Assembly (NCBI GenBank): GCA_951406725.2
Contig: OX597827.1
Span: 4,154,001-4,218,000 of the forward strand
DNA: 64,000 nt
Source: Octopus vulgaris
Lineage: Eukaryota
Reading direction: 5' to 3'
Positions 13,608 to 27,038 of this stretch are shown piece after piece; position 1 is the first letter of the stretch, and each line of letters starts with the position of its first letter. The position numbers and the translations under genes are program-made. A model generated the notes under the pieces. The model saw only the letters and a program-made list of their open reading frames with translations, did not search any database and was not told the DNA's origin.

Positions 13608-14503
13608 TGTGGTTTGATTAATAAGTATCCGAACTCTTGCCATAGTAACAAAGCTAAAATACACAGAGTGATGTCACTAGGCAAAGATTGATCTTGGACC
13701 CTGCTGTGCATGGGCACTAATTGTTAACATTCTAGCTGACTTTCATTGTTTACAGCAGTATTTGGAAGGAAGGTGTGTAGTGTGTGATCATTGCACTAGG
13801 CATAATAGAGAAAGTTGAGCAGAGAATCTGCATCAAATTTTGCCAAAAGCTTGGTGATACCTGCTCAGAGGTCTATGCAAAGTTTTCAAAAAGTTTTCAT
13901 TGTTCTCGACACAATCAAGGAGATCTTGTACAACTGAAACCCGAGTGTCCTTTTGATCAGCTGAAAGCAGTTTTGGCACAAACTTCGCAGACACGCATCT
14001 CATACCCAAATCTTCTGCGATAATGGACTGAACTGAACTGTAACTAATCTGCACATTCCCTGATAATTCATGGATGGTGATTCGATTATTTCCCCTCATA
14101 GCTGCATGCACATCTGTGATGTTTTTATCAGTTCTGCTGGTGGTGAGTCTCCCTGAACGTTCATCAATATTAACATATTTTCAGCCATCTCGGAAACGTC
14201 TGAACCACTCATAGACTTCTGTGTGGCTCATACACTCCTCTTCAAGCACTTTCTGCAACTTTGTGTAGGCCTCTGAGTAGGTATCGACATGACAACTTAC
14301 TCTGTCATGATCAGTGCGACGATTGCATGCTACACACCTTCCTTCTAAGGACTGCTGTAAACAGCAGAAATGAGCTAGAACATCAAAACTTAATGTGCAT
14401 GCACAGCAGGGTTCAAGAACAATTTTTTCCCAATTGACTTTACTTTGCATGCTTTAGCTTCATTACTATGGCAACAGTCCAAATACTTATTGATCAGATC
14501 TCA
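13608..14503. mobile_element. Mariner-derived foldback element (two inverted 5' ends), non-autonomous
   Basis: TA-flanked, ~270-bp imperfect inverted arms. The + arm encodes EQRICIKFCQKLGDTCSEVYAK. The - strand encodes TEVYEWFRRFRDG and NNRITIHELS...DLGMRCVSAKFVPKLL, typical of a mariner transposase N-terminus. Confidence 0.8.
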
Positions 14504-14506
14504 TAT

Positions 14507-14570
<64 letters not shown>

Positions 14571-14604
14571 CTATCTATCTATATATATATATATATATAG
14601 TATG

Positions 14605-14667
<63 letters not shown>

Positions 14668-14966
14668 CATGTGACCGACCAGGCTATCAGATGGTGTTAC
14701 ACAAGGCTGGTCACAATGCGCTTCACATTGTTTTAGCCTACAAATGATACCACTCTGCTGGCTAAGCAAGCAGGCCAACAGAAGAAAGAGTGAAAGAAAG
14801 TTGTGGTGAAAGTGTACAGCAGGGATCGCCACCACCCTCTGCCGGAGCCTTGAGGAACTTTAGGTGTTTTCACTCAATAAGCACTCACAACACCTGGTCT
14901 GGGAATCGAAACCTTGATCCTACGACCACGAGTCCACTGCCCTAACCACTGGGCCATTGCGCCTCC
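14668..14966 (-). mobile_element. tRNA-derived SINE family C
   Basis: Head GGCGCAATGGCCCAGTGGTTAGGGCAGTGGACTCGTGGTCGTAGGATCAAGGTTTCGATTCCC. A 3' partial copy lies at 32461-32572. Confidence 0.7.
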
Positions 14967-14973
14967 ACATATA

Positions 14974-15019
<46 letters not shown>

Positions 15020-15045
15020 TTTATATGTATATTTGTGTATACATG

Positions 15046-15114
<69 letters not shown>

Positions 15115-15347
15115 ATTTTTGTAATTCGAAACATAACTATAGTTTAGAAAAGAAGGGGAAATGATACAAATTATCATTTGGTTAAATTGATTAAATGAAA
15201 GTTTTCATAATTTGTGATAAGTCACTTAACTAGTCTCACAGAGTTTTAGCAACATCAAAGGTATTTATTAGATCAATCAATAGACATGTACCTAGTGAAC
15301 TTCTTGAACAAGGAAAAGTAATTGAAAGGAATGTTAATAGTACTCAC

Positions 15348-17786
15348 CTGCCTTGAGTCAGCTGTTCTGTTTTGGACTTGAATATGAGGTGAAGATCCTT
15401 TCCAACTCTGTCCTGGATTGTAATCAGGTTGACAAACGTGTCTAATAAGATTTGATTGAGTATTTCTTGCTTGTTGTTTTGGATCTGATAAGATTGCAAC
15501 AGGAACATCATATTTTGGAGAGTCTTGTTCACAAACGTATCCTGATGGTCTTCGCTCACCAACAAAGTCTTGGGCAGCACCATAATGGTTTTCTTTTTGA
15601 TTTCTTTTATGTATTATACATACAATTACAGAAACTACAATAGCCACAGAAACTATCACTGCAGCCACTACTATAATAATCATCAAGTTAATATGTATTC
15701 TGTTGTCTGATTCTGTGTCTTCAGCTGTGTACATTTTGGCTGTTGTATTGCTAACAGTTAGTGTCAAAGACAGTGTGGTTGTTGCTGATAAAACTGGAGT
15801 ACCACCATCTTTGACTGCTAATTTTAGATTATATGATCCAGCATCATTTTGGTAAACGGTTCGAGAGAATGACAAAACTCCTGTGTAAGGGTTAACTGTA
15901 AATAGCTGTTTGTTATTGCCTCCAAGTATTTCATATCTGAGGAAGGAATTTACATGACTGTCTCTATCAGAAGCTCTTAATGTTGTGATGTCACTGTTAC
16001 TCTGCGGATGGTAATGGACATCTAAAGTGAAAGGGTTAACACTAGGGAAAGTAAAATAGGGAGCATTATCATTTTTATCCATAACTTCAACAACAACATT
16101 TGCTGTGTTGTTAAGAGATGGTGTACCATTGTCTCTTACTAATACTTTAAATTTGTAAACATCTTGTCGCTCTCTATCTAAAGACTGAGTTGCTGAAATA
16201 AATCCAAAATCAGAAATTTTAAATGGTAAAATAATTCCTCTTTCATTAAATAAAGAAAAACTCAGCTGACCTCCTAAACCCAGATCTTCATCTGTAGCAT
16301 TAACAAAACCTACAGGAAAATTTTGCTCTTCATTTTCATATGTTAAAAATTTGAAAGTATCTTTGGTAAATTGAGGTTGTATATCATTGACATCTTTCAC
16401 TTGGATGGAAAATTGTCTCTCAGTTCTTAAAGGGGGAGATCCTTTGTCTTCACAAATTATTGTGCTTTCGATGCTACTTTCAGTTTCTCTGTTGATTAAA
16501 TTCTTCACAACAATTTTGTATTTGTTTTTTCCAAGACTTCTTAGCTGAAGTTTTTCATGCTGAAGGTCACATGATACTTCACTGTTTCTACCAATATCTT
16601 CATCGGAGACTTTAACAAATGCAATGAATCCTCCAACTTTGATTGCTTCAGACACCATTGCATTATTTTCTTTAGAGCGAGAAATAAAGTTCATGTCTAT
16701 GACAGGGGCATTGTTCTGTTGGTTGATGACATAGACTAGAACAATGGCAGTGGAACTCAAAGGAGGATTTCCTCCATCAGTAGCTTCAACAAACAACTTG
16801 TAAACCTTTTTGGCTCTTTGCAGGAGACTCTTTTGCAAAAATATTTCGCCAGTGGCCTCGTTTATTTTAAAATAAATTTGGTCGTTTTTTGATGTCTTAG
16901 AACCGAAATGATAAGAGACATTTCCATTCTGATCAATGTCTAAATCATTGGCAGTTAAATGTACAATAGGTATATTTTTCTGATGATTACTATTTATAGA
17001 AACATTGTAAATATTTTGGTTAAAGAGTGGAGAGTTATCATTTTCATCTTCAATCAATATCTTCACATTTAGAAAACTACTCTTTGGTGGCAATCCTTCA
17101 TCTTCAGCGATAAGCTGAAGAACATAATTATCTTTTGTCTCTCGATCAACACCTTGTTCTAAAACAATTCCAAGTTTAGCACTACCATCCACTTTTTTAA
17201 CAATCGATAGAATAAATGGTTCATTTCCTTGTTTTTTTAACTGATATTTGATCTGGGAATTTAGAACACCCACATCCCTGTCAATAGCATTTTGAATTGG
17301 TTTGCTTGTCCCTTTCTTATCAGCTTCAGAAAAATGAAGAACTATCTCTCTTGTGGGAAATTCAGGATAGTTATCATTAACATCTTCGATTATGATTTTC
17401 ATTTCAAGTATTTTGATGAAAGCAAGCTGGTTCTGTACAGCAATGTCCACCATTTCAAAACATGGAGTGTTGTATTTACATAGTGACTCTGCATCTAATT
17501 TTTGAGCTGTATAGATTTCACCTGATTTGCTGATATTGAACAACTGGGAATTGCTGTCAGACTGCTTCTGGTGAAGCTGACTGAACCAAATTGCACTACG
17601 GTCTTTTACGGTAATTTTATCCAAGAGGTTTGTATCTGTAGCGAGGTCACCAACATAAATGCCTGGCCTCTGAGCCTCTTTAACACGGTATGACAGATCA
17701 AACCCATAAGACAAAGTATTTAGTAGGAGGGCAACATATATTTTCACTAACATTTCTTTCTGTTGTAAAGGCATTGAATCGATCAT
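15348..17786 (-). CDS. Protocadherin, large coding exon (signal peptide, EC1-EC6, TM, proximal cytoplasmic region); downstream exons not seen in window
   Basis: 837-aa ORF with a hydrophobic leader (MLVKIYVALLLNTLSYG), cadherin motifs (LDAE, DVNDNYP, DRE, DENDNSP, DVNDIQP, LDRE, DKNDNAP, DGGxPxLS), an EC1 Cys-X5-Cys (CKYNTPC) and a TM segment (LMIIIVVAAVIVSVAIVVSVIVCII). A consensus donor CAG|GTGAGT after codon 813 (exon end 15348, phase 0) truncates the ORF. Acceptor TTTCTTTCTATTTCAG| puts the exon start at 17814. The start Met could be 17786 or a later in-frame ATG such as 17753. Confidence 0.95.
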
Positions 17787-18205
17787 TCATAAACAGGAAT
17801 TACACTGAATTAATCTGAAATAGAAAGAAAACTTCTTTAAGGCTAAACTGCAATTTTCTGTGACAATCTATGTTTGGTCAATTACTAGACACAATGATAG
17901 TTCTGCATCTGTTTGCATTGATAATTTCTCTTCTATTCACAATTGCTATTTGTTAAACCAATATGATGGTAAAATTAAACCATTCTCTTAGTTGTCTTCT
18001 GTATTCACTGTTTCCTCAGGAATCTCCAGAGTACCATCTGATTTTGATGGCACTGAAATCACAAGCTTAGCAATGGACTTTATCTGATCCTGTCAGGGCT
18101 GTGTTATGTTAATTTATTCCTACAGTGATGTGTTTTCAGATTCTTTAATCTACGTTCTCCCTGCTTGTTTCTGATGCTTCTCAAGGGAACCAGAACAAAG
18201 TGTAC

Positions 18206-18233
18206 TCACACACACACACACACACACACACAT

Positions 18234-18266
<33 letters not shown>

Positions 18267-18627
18267 TTCACACAAGCTAACATACGTTCATAACACACTT
18301 AAAGATAGATACATACACATTAAATACATTTATACATATACATACTCATACACACACACACATACACATGTCCACTTCAATATATATACATACAAAATCA
18401 CAAACACATATGTACATAGCACACAAATATATTGACTTCAATACAGACAAAGAAATAAATGTGGACACATAAACACACCCACATAACCACACACACACAG
18501 TCACAGATTTATTTAAGCAGATTCATAGACATTCACAGACACACAAAATTACATACATACTTGCAGACAGACTAACTCACAATGTCATACACATTCATAC
18601 ATATGTGTGTGTATCTACGTATGTATG

Positions 18628-18660
<33 letters not shown>

Positions 18661-19126
18661 GTATCCTTTCTCTATCTTCTCCTCTACTCTGCCTTCTACT
18701 GTCTCGTTCTTCTCATCACCTCTCTCTCACTCTCTCTCTCTCTCTCTTTCTCTTTGACTTCTTGCTCTTATATATGTCACAACCTCAACTAACAGCATAC
18801 ACATACACACATATTCATGAACACACACACACACATACACACACACATACACACATACATACACACACATACACACTCATATATACAAATATATATATGT
18901 GTGTGTATGTATAAAAATACACACACACTCACACACACACACACACACACACATACACACTCATATACACAAATATATATATATGTGTGTGTATGTATAA
19001 AAATACACACACACTCACACACACACACATATAACCACACATAATTCCTCTCTTCCATTCACATGCATGCATCGAATATTTCCATTTTTATTCACTGCAA
19101 CATTCGTTTTGTTTTTTAAGTTATAT

Positions 19127-19203
<77 letters not shown>

Positions 19204-19331
19204 TGTTACTCTGTACGTTCTTCTCTCTCTTAGTCAGTCTTCCTCTCTCTCTCTCTCTCTTTCTCTGTCACTTTGTTTCTTTCTTTCTTTCCATCACTCA
19301 TTCAGTCTCTCTCATTTTCTCTCTCTTCCTG

Positions 19332-19370
<39 letters not shown>

Positions 19371-19837
19371 CTTTCTCTCTCTCTCTCCCCTTCTATCTCT
19401 TTCTCTCCCTCTCTCTTACTTTCAGTTTCACACACTTTCTCTTACACCCTATTTCTCTCTGTCTCTCTCTCGCTCTCTCTGTATCTCTCTCTCTCTCTCT
19501 CTCTCTCTCTTGTACTCTTTCTACATTTTTAAACATTTTTTTCCCCTTTGTTATCTTTTTACAACCTGAAGCAGGTTTTCCTCACAGTTTATTGTTGATG
19601 GAGAAGGTAATACTATATAATTACCTAAAAGTTTTTGAATATTGACAAAATACCTTAGAGAATTTTTCACAGATAACAATTGCTTGTGTTCTTCAATTTC
19701 TATCTTTATCTTTACATTTTTAAAAAAATTCTTTTCTTTTTTTATTTCAAACTTTAATTTATTTATATTTTCCTTTTTTTCATCTCATTTTACTTCGTTT
19801 TGCTCACAGATTTTTCTTTCCTCTCTTGTCTTCTCCC

Positions 19838-19915
<78 letters not shown>

Positions 19916-19992
19916 GTTTTCTTTCTCTCACTCTCTCTTCTAACTTGTTTGGTTTGATTTAAACAGTTTCATCATTTGAATTTCAAAAAAAA

Positions 19993-20041
<49 letters not shown>

Positions 20042-20377
20042 TAATAATAATAATAACAACAACAGCAACCCCAAAATATATAAAAAAAATTGTTTAGATA
20101 TATAAATAAATAGAAAAAGAAACCAAACACCAACAGCAACCACAACAACAATAATGATAATACTAAATAAATAAAGAAAAATAAAGAAAAAAGTGAAAAT
20201 TAAGTTCCTTTATTATTTTATATATTCTTCTTTCTTGAAAATGTCTTTTTACTTGTGATTTAGTAGAGGGAAAATAGGAAATACACACACACACAGACAT
20301 GTTTACATATACATACATACATATATACATACATACATACATACATACATATGTATAAATATATAAATATATATATA

Positions 20378-20420
<43 letters not shown>
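18206..20420. repeat. Dense (CA)n/(CT)n/(TAA)n/(TA)n microsatellite block
   Basis: Direct inspection. Confidence 0.85.
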
Positions 20421-21119
20421 CTGATTGAAAAAGTTAAGTATTAAATAATTATTTCTGTGAAACATTCCTCAACTATTTGTGTGTGTGTATATGTATGCGT
20501 GCATGCATATGTGTGTGTGTGTGTGAGTGTATTTTTCCCTTTCACCAATTTTTTTGTCTTTAAAATTTTTTCCTGTTTTTTTCTTTGTTCTTTTTTTCTT
20601 ATTTTTAATGTGAAAATGTTGAACACATTTTTGAAAAACACACACGGAAAAATGACTACCACCCCCCCACCCCCTTCTCTCCACCACCAACCTACCCCAC
20701 TACCTACACTCTGTAAAAAATACATTATTTCTCTTTACTGTTAGAAATGACTCCATCTTCAAAACACTTTGCGAATAAAACTATTTGAAGAGATTGAAAT
20801 AACGTCAAAAGACTTTGTAGTAACAGTTCCATTTCAATGGTATTGTTGCTCTTGAAAATTATTTCCAAAACTAGTGCTGTACAAGAACACAATGGATGGA
20901 AAAAATTTTTTTTATTGTTGTTGTTGTTGTTGTTGTTGTATGTGCCAGTGAAAAAAAAAACCAAAGAAAAAAAAAACGATGGTTGGTCTGTCTGTGTGAT
21001 TTGTGAAGAAGACAATTATGGATAATGTGGTTAAAACCAAAGTGATATTGTGTATCCATTTGTTCATTCCTGCTTGCTATGAATAGACATCTTTGATATC
21101 AAGCTAGAAAGAGGATAAT

Positions 21120-21186
21120 TTTATCATCATTATCATGATCCTCGCCATCGTCTGTGTTGTTGTCATCTTCTTCTCCATCATCATTC

Positions 21187-21262
<76 letters not shown>

Positions 21263-21405
21263 CAACTGCAACTCTTTTGTAGTTGTTGTAATTATTGTTG
21301 TTGTTCTAGTTCTTGTTAATATATATTTTCTTTGTTGTTTTTTTTCCATATATGTCATGATTGTTATTACTGCTGTTCTTTATTATTATCATTATCATTA
21401 TTATT

Positions 21406-21471
<66 letters not shown>

Positions 21472-21809
21472 TTATTATTATTACTATCGTTGGTGGTGTT
21501 GTTATTGTTGTTGTTGTTACTATATATTTTCTTTGTTGTCTTTTTTCCATATTCGTTGTTGTTTTTTGTTGCTGCTGCTGTTGCTGTTGCTGATGACAAC
21601 AATGATAATGATGCTGCTGCTTATTGATAATGATGATGATTAAGATCATGCGTGTGTTGGTGGTGGTGAGGGTAGATAATGCAGATAATGGTGATAATGA
21701 TTATGACCTAGAAGATTATGATGAGAATACTGATGATGAAGAGCATCACTGCCATCATCATCATCATCATTGTCATCAGCATCATCTTCATCATTATTAT
21801 TATCACTGC

Positions 21810-21843
<34 letters not shown>

Positions 21844-22008
21844 TTCATCCTCAATATAGTCATCATCATTATCATGATCATTCCCATGATGATCATCATC
21901 TTTTTCATCATCATTTCATCATCTTGATCTTTATCATCCTCCTTTTTGATCATCACCATCATTATCATCACTCTTATCGTCATCGTCATCTTCATCATCT
22001 TCATCATC

Positions 22009-22063
<55 letters not shown>

Positions 22064-22191
22064 CAATCATCATCATCATCATCATCCTCACCATCATCAC
22101 CATCATCATCATCACCATCATCATCATCACCATCATCATCACTACCACAACCATCACCATCATCATCATCATCATCATCATCATGATCTAT

Positions 22192-22232
<41 letters not shown>

Positions 22233-23001
22233 GATCTATATCATCATCATCATGCTTCCCCCTGGCATTGCAATACAACTATAACAATAACAATAACAAA
22301 AGAAATGAAAAGATACCACTAGCAAAGACCACTGACACCATTTTCAACATCACCACCACTACCACCGCCACCACCACTACCATACCAATACTACCACTTT
22401 GAGTTCCATCGTTACCACTACTACCACCGAGATCATCACTAGCACTTCCACAGACACCACCACCACCACCACCACCACTAACAAGGCTACTTTCAACAAC
22501 AACAACAACATCAACATCAGTAACAACAACAATAGCAACAACATCAACAGAAACCTTATGAGACATTCCAATGTGTCAGTGTTGGTTTTGCCCTCAGAGA
22601 AAGAAAAGGCTTGTGATATTTATGGATGATAGAGGAAAAAAAACACACACAAAAGAAAAAAAAACAAAACAAAAGCAATACGAGAAAGAAGAAAGAAAAA
22701 GAAAGAAAAAGAAAGACAGTAAAAAAAAGGAAAATGGAGAACTTCAAATTTCAAGAGATTTGAAACGAAATAGGAAAGACCCATTTTCATTGAAAGACGA
22801 TCTCTTTTATAAAAAGGAAATAAATAAACCAACAAACATATATAAATATATATTTACAAGAAAAGTAAATATAAATTAACAAAATTGTTATTCTGATCGC
22901 TATTATTATTATTATTATTATTATCATTATTATCATTATTATTATTATCATTATTATTATTATTATTATCATTATTATCATTATTATCATTATTATTATT
23001 A

Positions 23002-23068
<67 letters not shown>

Positions 23069-23094
23069 CATTATTATTATTATTATTATTATTA

Positions 23095-23146
<52 letters not shown>

Positions 23147-23199
23147 CATTATTATCATTATTATTATTATCATTATTATTATTATTATTATTATTATCA

Positions 23200-23230
<31 letters not shown>

Positions 23231-23300
23231 TATTATTATCATTATTATTATTATTATTATCATTATTATCATTATTATTATTATTATTATTATCATTATT

Positions 23301-23353
<53 letters not shown>

Positions 23354-23525
23354 CGCTATCATCATCGCTGTCATCATTGCCATCATCATCTCCATCATCA
23401 TCATCATCATTGCTATCATCGTCATCATCGTCATCCTCATCATCATCATCATCATCACCATCATCGTCGTCGTCGTCGTAGTCATCGTCGTCGTTGTTGT
23501 TGTTGTTAGTATTATTATTATCAAT
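21120..23525. repeat. Trinucleotide SSR block: (CAT)n ~21740-22255 and (ATT/ATC)n ~22900-23350
   Basis: Direct inspection. Source of the poly-His/Ile/Met/Asp pseudo-ORFs. Confidence 0.9.
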
Positions 23526-24023
23526 ATTAACATTACTAATAATATTTGGAAATTTGACTATATTTTCCTTGGTTTACAAGGCAACATATGATATGAGAAA
23601 ACACTCAGAAATAGTAATATTATGCTAAGATAAAAATCAATTTGTCCATTTTTATAAATATCTTCTAAGCCAAAAATTTTTCTGGGTTTTGTAGTAGTTA
23701 TTGTTTATATTTAGTTTATTCTGTTGTTGCTATGTTTTGCTTTTGTTTCTTTGTTGTTATTTTTTGTTATTAAAGTCGGTTTTTTTTTTTTAGAATATTT
23801 TATTTCAGAACATGACACGTGCACACACACACGCAAGCGTACTTAGGCATTTAAGCATGCATAAAAATGCACAGACACACATAAGCATGCTTATAAATTT
23901 AAATACTGATATATGTAAATATATAAACACACACACACACGTATACGTATATATATATATATACACATATATAAATATTGTAAATATATAAACATATATA
24001 TATAAATATATATATATATATTG

Positions 24024-24401
24024 GTGTAGGTGTGGCTGTGTGGTGAGAAGCTTGCTTCCCAACCACATGGTTGTGGGTTCAGTCCCATTGTGTAACACCT
24101 GGATCAATTGTCTTCTACTGTACTTACAGGCTGACCAAAACTTTTTGAGTGGGTTTGCTAGATGGAAACTGAAAGTAGCCCATCATATATGTGTGTTTTT
24201 GTCAACCACCACTGCTTGATAACCAGTGTTGGTGTGTTTACATCCCTGTGACAGCAATTCAGCAAAAGACACTGATGGAGAAAGTACGAAGTTTATAAAC
24301 AAAAAGTAACTACTGGCATCGGTTCATCCAACTAAAAGTTCTTCAAGGCAGTGCCCCAGCATGGCTTTAATCTGACACACAGAGCATATGCACAGAGTGT
24401 G

Positions 24402-24435
<34 letters not shown>

Positions 24436-24932
24436 ATTTGTACACTCTGCTGAAAATGAATACCAAAAGCAACAAGGGTTTAATTTTGAGATGCAGTGGA
24501 CTGATGTTCCATCCATAAAGAGGAAGTCTTCTAATCTAATTCTCTTAAGAACCCCAGAAACAAGGATGAACGACTCTAACATAATAATCCTGTAGGCTCC
24601 AAGCATACTTTGTCATTTTTTAATACACACATTACACACACACACACACATGTATATAGATAGATAGATATACCTTTTATCTTTTACTTGTTTAGTCATT
24701 ATACTGTAGCCATGTTGGGGCACTGTCTGGAAGAATTTTAGTTGAATAAATCGACCCCAACACTTATTTTTTTGTTTCAACTTCTGGTACTTATTCTATC
24801 AGTATTTTTTGCCAAACCTCTAGGTTACAAGGATGTAAACACACAACCATCAGTTGTTAAGTGATGATGAGAGACAAACACACACACACACTCACACACA
24901 CACTCACACACACACACACACACACACACATG

Positions 24933-24973
<41 letters not shown>

Positions 24974-25202
24974 GAATGTATGTATGAATGTATGTATGTA
25001 TGTATGTATGTATGTATGTATGTATGTATGTATGTATGTATATATATGAAGGGCTTCCTTCAATTTCCAGCTACTAAATCCACTCACAAGGCTTTCGTTA
25101 GCCCAAAGCTACAGTAGAAAACACTTACCCAAGGTGCCATGCAGTTGGATTGAACTCAGAACTATGTGGTTGGGAAGCAAGCTTCTTACCACACAGCCAT
25201 GC

Positions 25203-25242
<40 letters not shown>

Positions 25243-25425
25243 GTATATGTATATGTATATATACGAATAATAGGATTCTTTCAGTTTCTGTCCACCAAAT
25301 CTACTCTCAAGGCTTTGGTTGTCCTGAGACAATAGTAGAAGATACTTGCCCAAGGTGCCACGCTGTGTGACTGAACCTGGGACCATGTGGTTCAGAAGCA
25401 AGATTCTTACCACACAGACATGCCT
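24024..25425. mobile_element. SINE family A copies (+ 24024-24365; - 24673-25205; - partial 25275-25425)
   Basis: Family A head and tail motifs. Confidence 0.7.
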
Positions 25426-25433
25426 GTATATAT

Positions 25434-25477
<44 letters not shown>

Positions 25478-25480
<3 letters not shown>

Positions 25481-25905
25481 TGCCACCGTGTCGGTGGCAC
25501 GTAAAAGCACCATCCGTTCGCGTATGTTGCCAGCCTCGGCTGGCCCCCGTGCCGGTGACACGTAAAAGCACCGTCCGTTCATGGCCGGTTGCCAGCTCTG
25601 TCTGGCCCCGTGTCGGTGGCACGTAAAAGCACCATCCGTTCGTGTCCGTTGCCAGCATCGCCTGGCCCCGTGCCGGTGACACGTAAAAGCACCATCCGTT
25701 CGTGGCCGTTCGCCAACTCTGTCTGGCACCTGTGCAGGTGGCACGTAAAAAACACCCACTACACTCGCGGAGTGGTTGGCGTTAGGAAGGGCATCCAGCC
25801 GTAGAAACACTGCCAGATCTGACTGGGCCTGACGAAGCCTTCCAGCTTCACAGACCCCAGTTGACCCATCCAACCCATGCTAGCATGGAAAACGGACGCT
25901 AAACG
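25478..25905 (+). mobile_element. Retroposon with internal ~60-bp tandem array and constant tail (RTE-type 3' end, inferred)
   Basis: 4 full units plus 1 partial of CGTGYCGGTGRCACGTAAAAGCACCATCCG...GCCAG-N6-CTGGC, then CACTACACTC..GAGTGGTTGGCGTTAGGAAGGGCATCCAGC..AACCCATGCTAGCATGGAAAACGGACG. Confidence 0.7.
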
Positions 25906-27005
25906 AAACGAACACACGCATACACACATGTGCGCGCGCACACACACACACACACACACTCAAACACACACACACACACACACATACATACATGTATCAT
26001 CTTCATCTTCAACATCACTTAACATCTGTTTCTTTCGTGCTTGCATAGGCTAAACAGGTCTTCTTTACAACAGCAACTTATTAACTTATTACCCATTGCA
26101 TTCTCTCTTGCCATGACTTCTTCTTAAGGTTCAACTTCCTGAAAGCCTCCACCAAATCTTCCTTTATCATCCTTGGTCTTCCTTGGGTTCCTTTCACTGG
26201 AATCATTTACCACTTCTTTACCCAGCTATTATTTCCATATGCATCACATGTCCATACATGTACCATTTCCTTTCCTTTGTATTTTATATCTGATTCTTCT
26301 TATACTCACTTTTTCTCTCCATTCATTCATCTTCATCATTTATTCACAGTCATTACATATACATTGCTATTTGCTGGGTTTATTTCTTTCCAATCTTCCT
26401 TTGTCATTCACATCCAGTGCCTATTTTTACTACTATTTATCATAATTTGTATGCAAACATAACACAATATATTTTTTTTCAGAGAGAGCAAACCCACCAA
26501 ATTCCTTGAACCCACATAATTTACACCCTATAACATTTCTGATAGTTCCTTTTCTGCATATCAAGCAGGACCACTTTCCCAAATGTTAGTAGTGTCTCAT
26601 CTTTTGTCCTGCAAATCAAGACTTTTGGCTATTCTAAGCTTTCTTTAAAATTCTCAAATCTGAGCTTTACTGCTACAAGTGAAGTTCATTATCTCTTCAA
26701 ATAATTCAGCTTGAGACCAAGGACATCATCATATAGAAATCCTCCAAAGCAGCCAGTCTGAAACTCCTCTGCTATGGCCCAGACTACTAAAGAGAGACCT
26801 GAGAGCTGAGCACTGTTGCATCCTGATGTGAATACTAAATTTCTCAATTAATTTGTTGCTAATTCTTACCTTGCTGTCAGTATCTCTCTATATCATTTCT
26901 ATGGCTCTCACAAACTATTTATCTACACCTAGCTTTCATTAGTGGACATCTTCACCATGTCAGAAAATACAAGGCTGCTTGCTTTTTTAGTTAAATAATA
27001 ATAAT

Positions 27006-27038
<33 letters not shown>

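Noticed and set aside
14895-14966. tRNA-like sequences (also ~433-500 and ~51675-51745)
   Set aside because: These are SINE heads: A/B boxes are present but there is no complete cloverleaf, and they continue into repeat bodies.
15273-15347. Last 24 codons of the 837-aa ORF
   Set aside because: They follow a perfect donor CAG|GTGAGT and are most likely intron read-through, though an unspliced isoform cannot be excluded.
19560-19700. Alternative 5' UTR donor AG|GTAATT at 19624
   Set aside because: Weaker consensus and no promoter cue; kept only as an alternative to 37827.
21624-22322. 232-aa poly-His ORF (apparent metal-binding protein)
   Set aside because: A (CAT)n tract open in multiple frames, with no splice context or unique domain.
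25478-25760. CRISPR-like repeat/spacer appearance; HDV or pistol ribozyme resemblance
   Set aside because: The 'spacers' are homologous to each other, the context is eukaryotic and there are no cas genes. I could not build HDV P1/P2 or pistol P2/P3 pairings.
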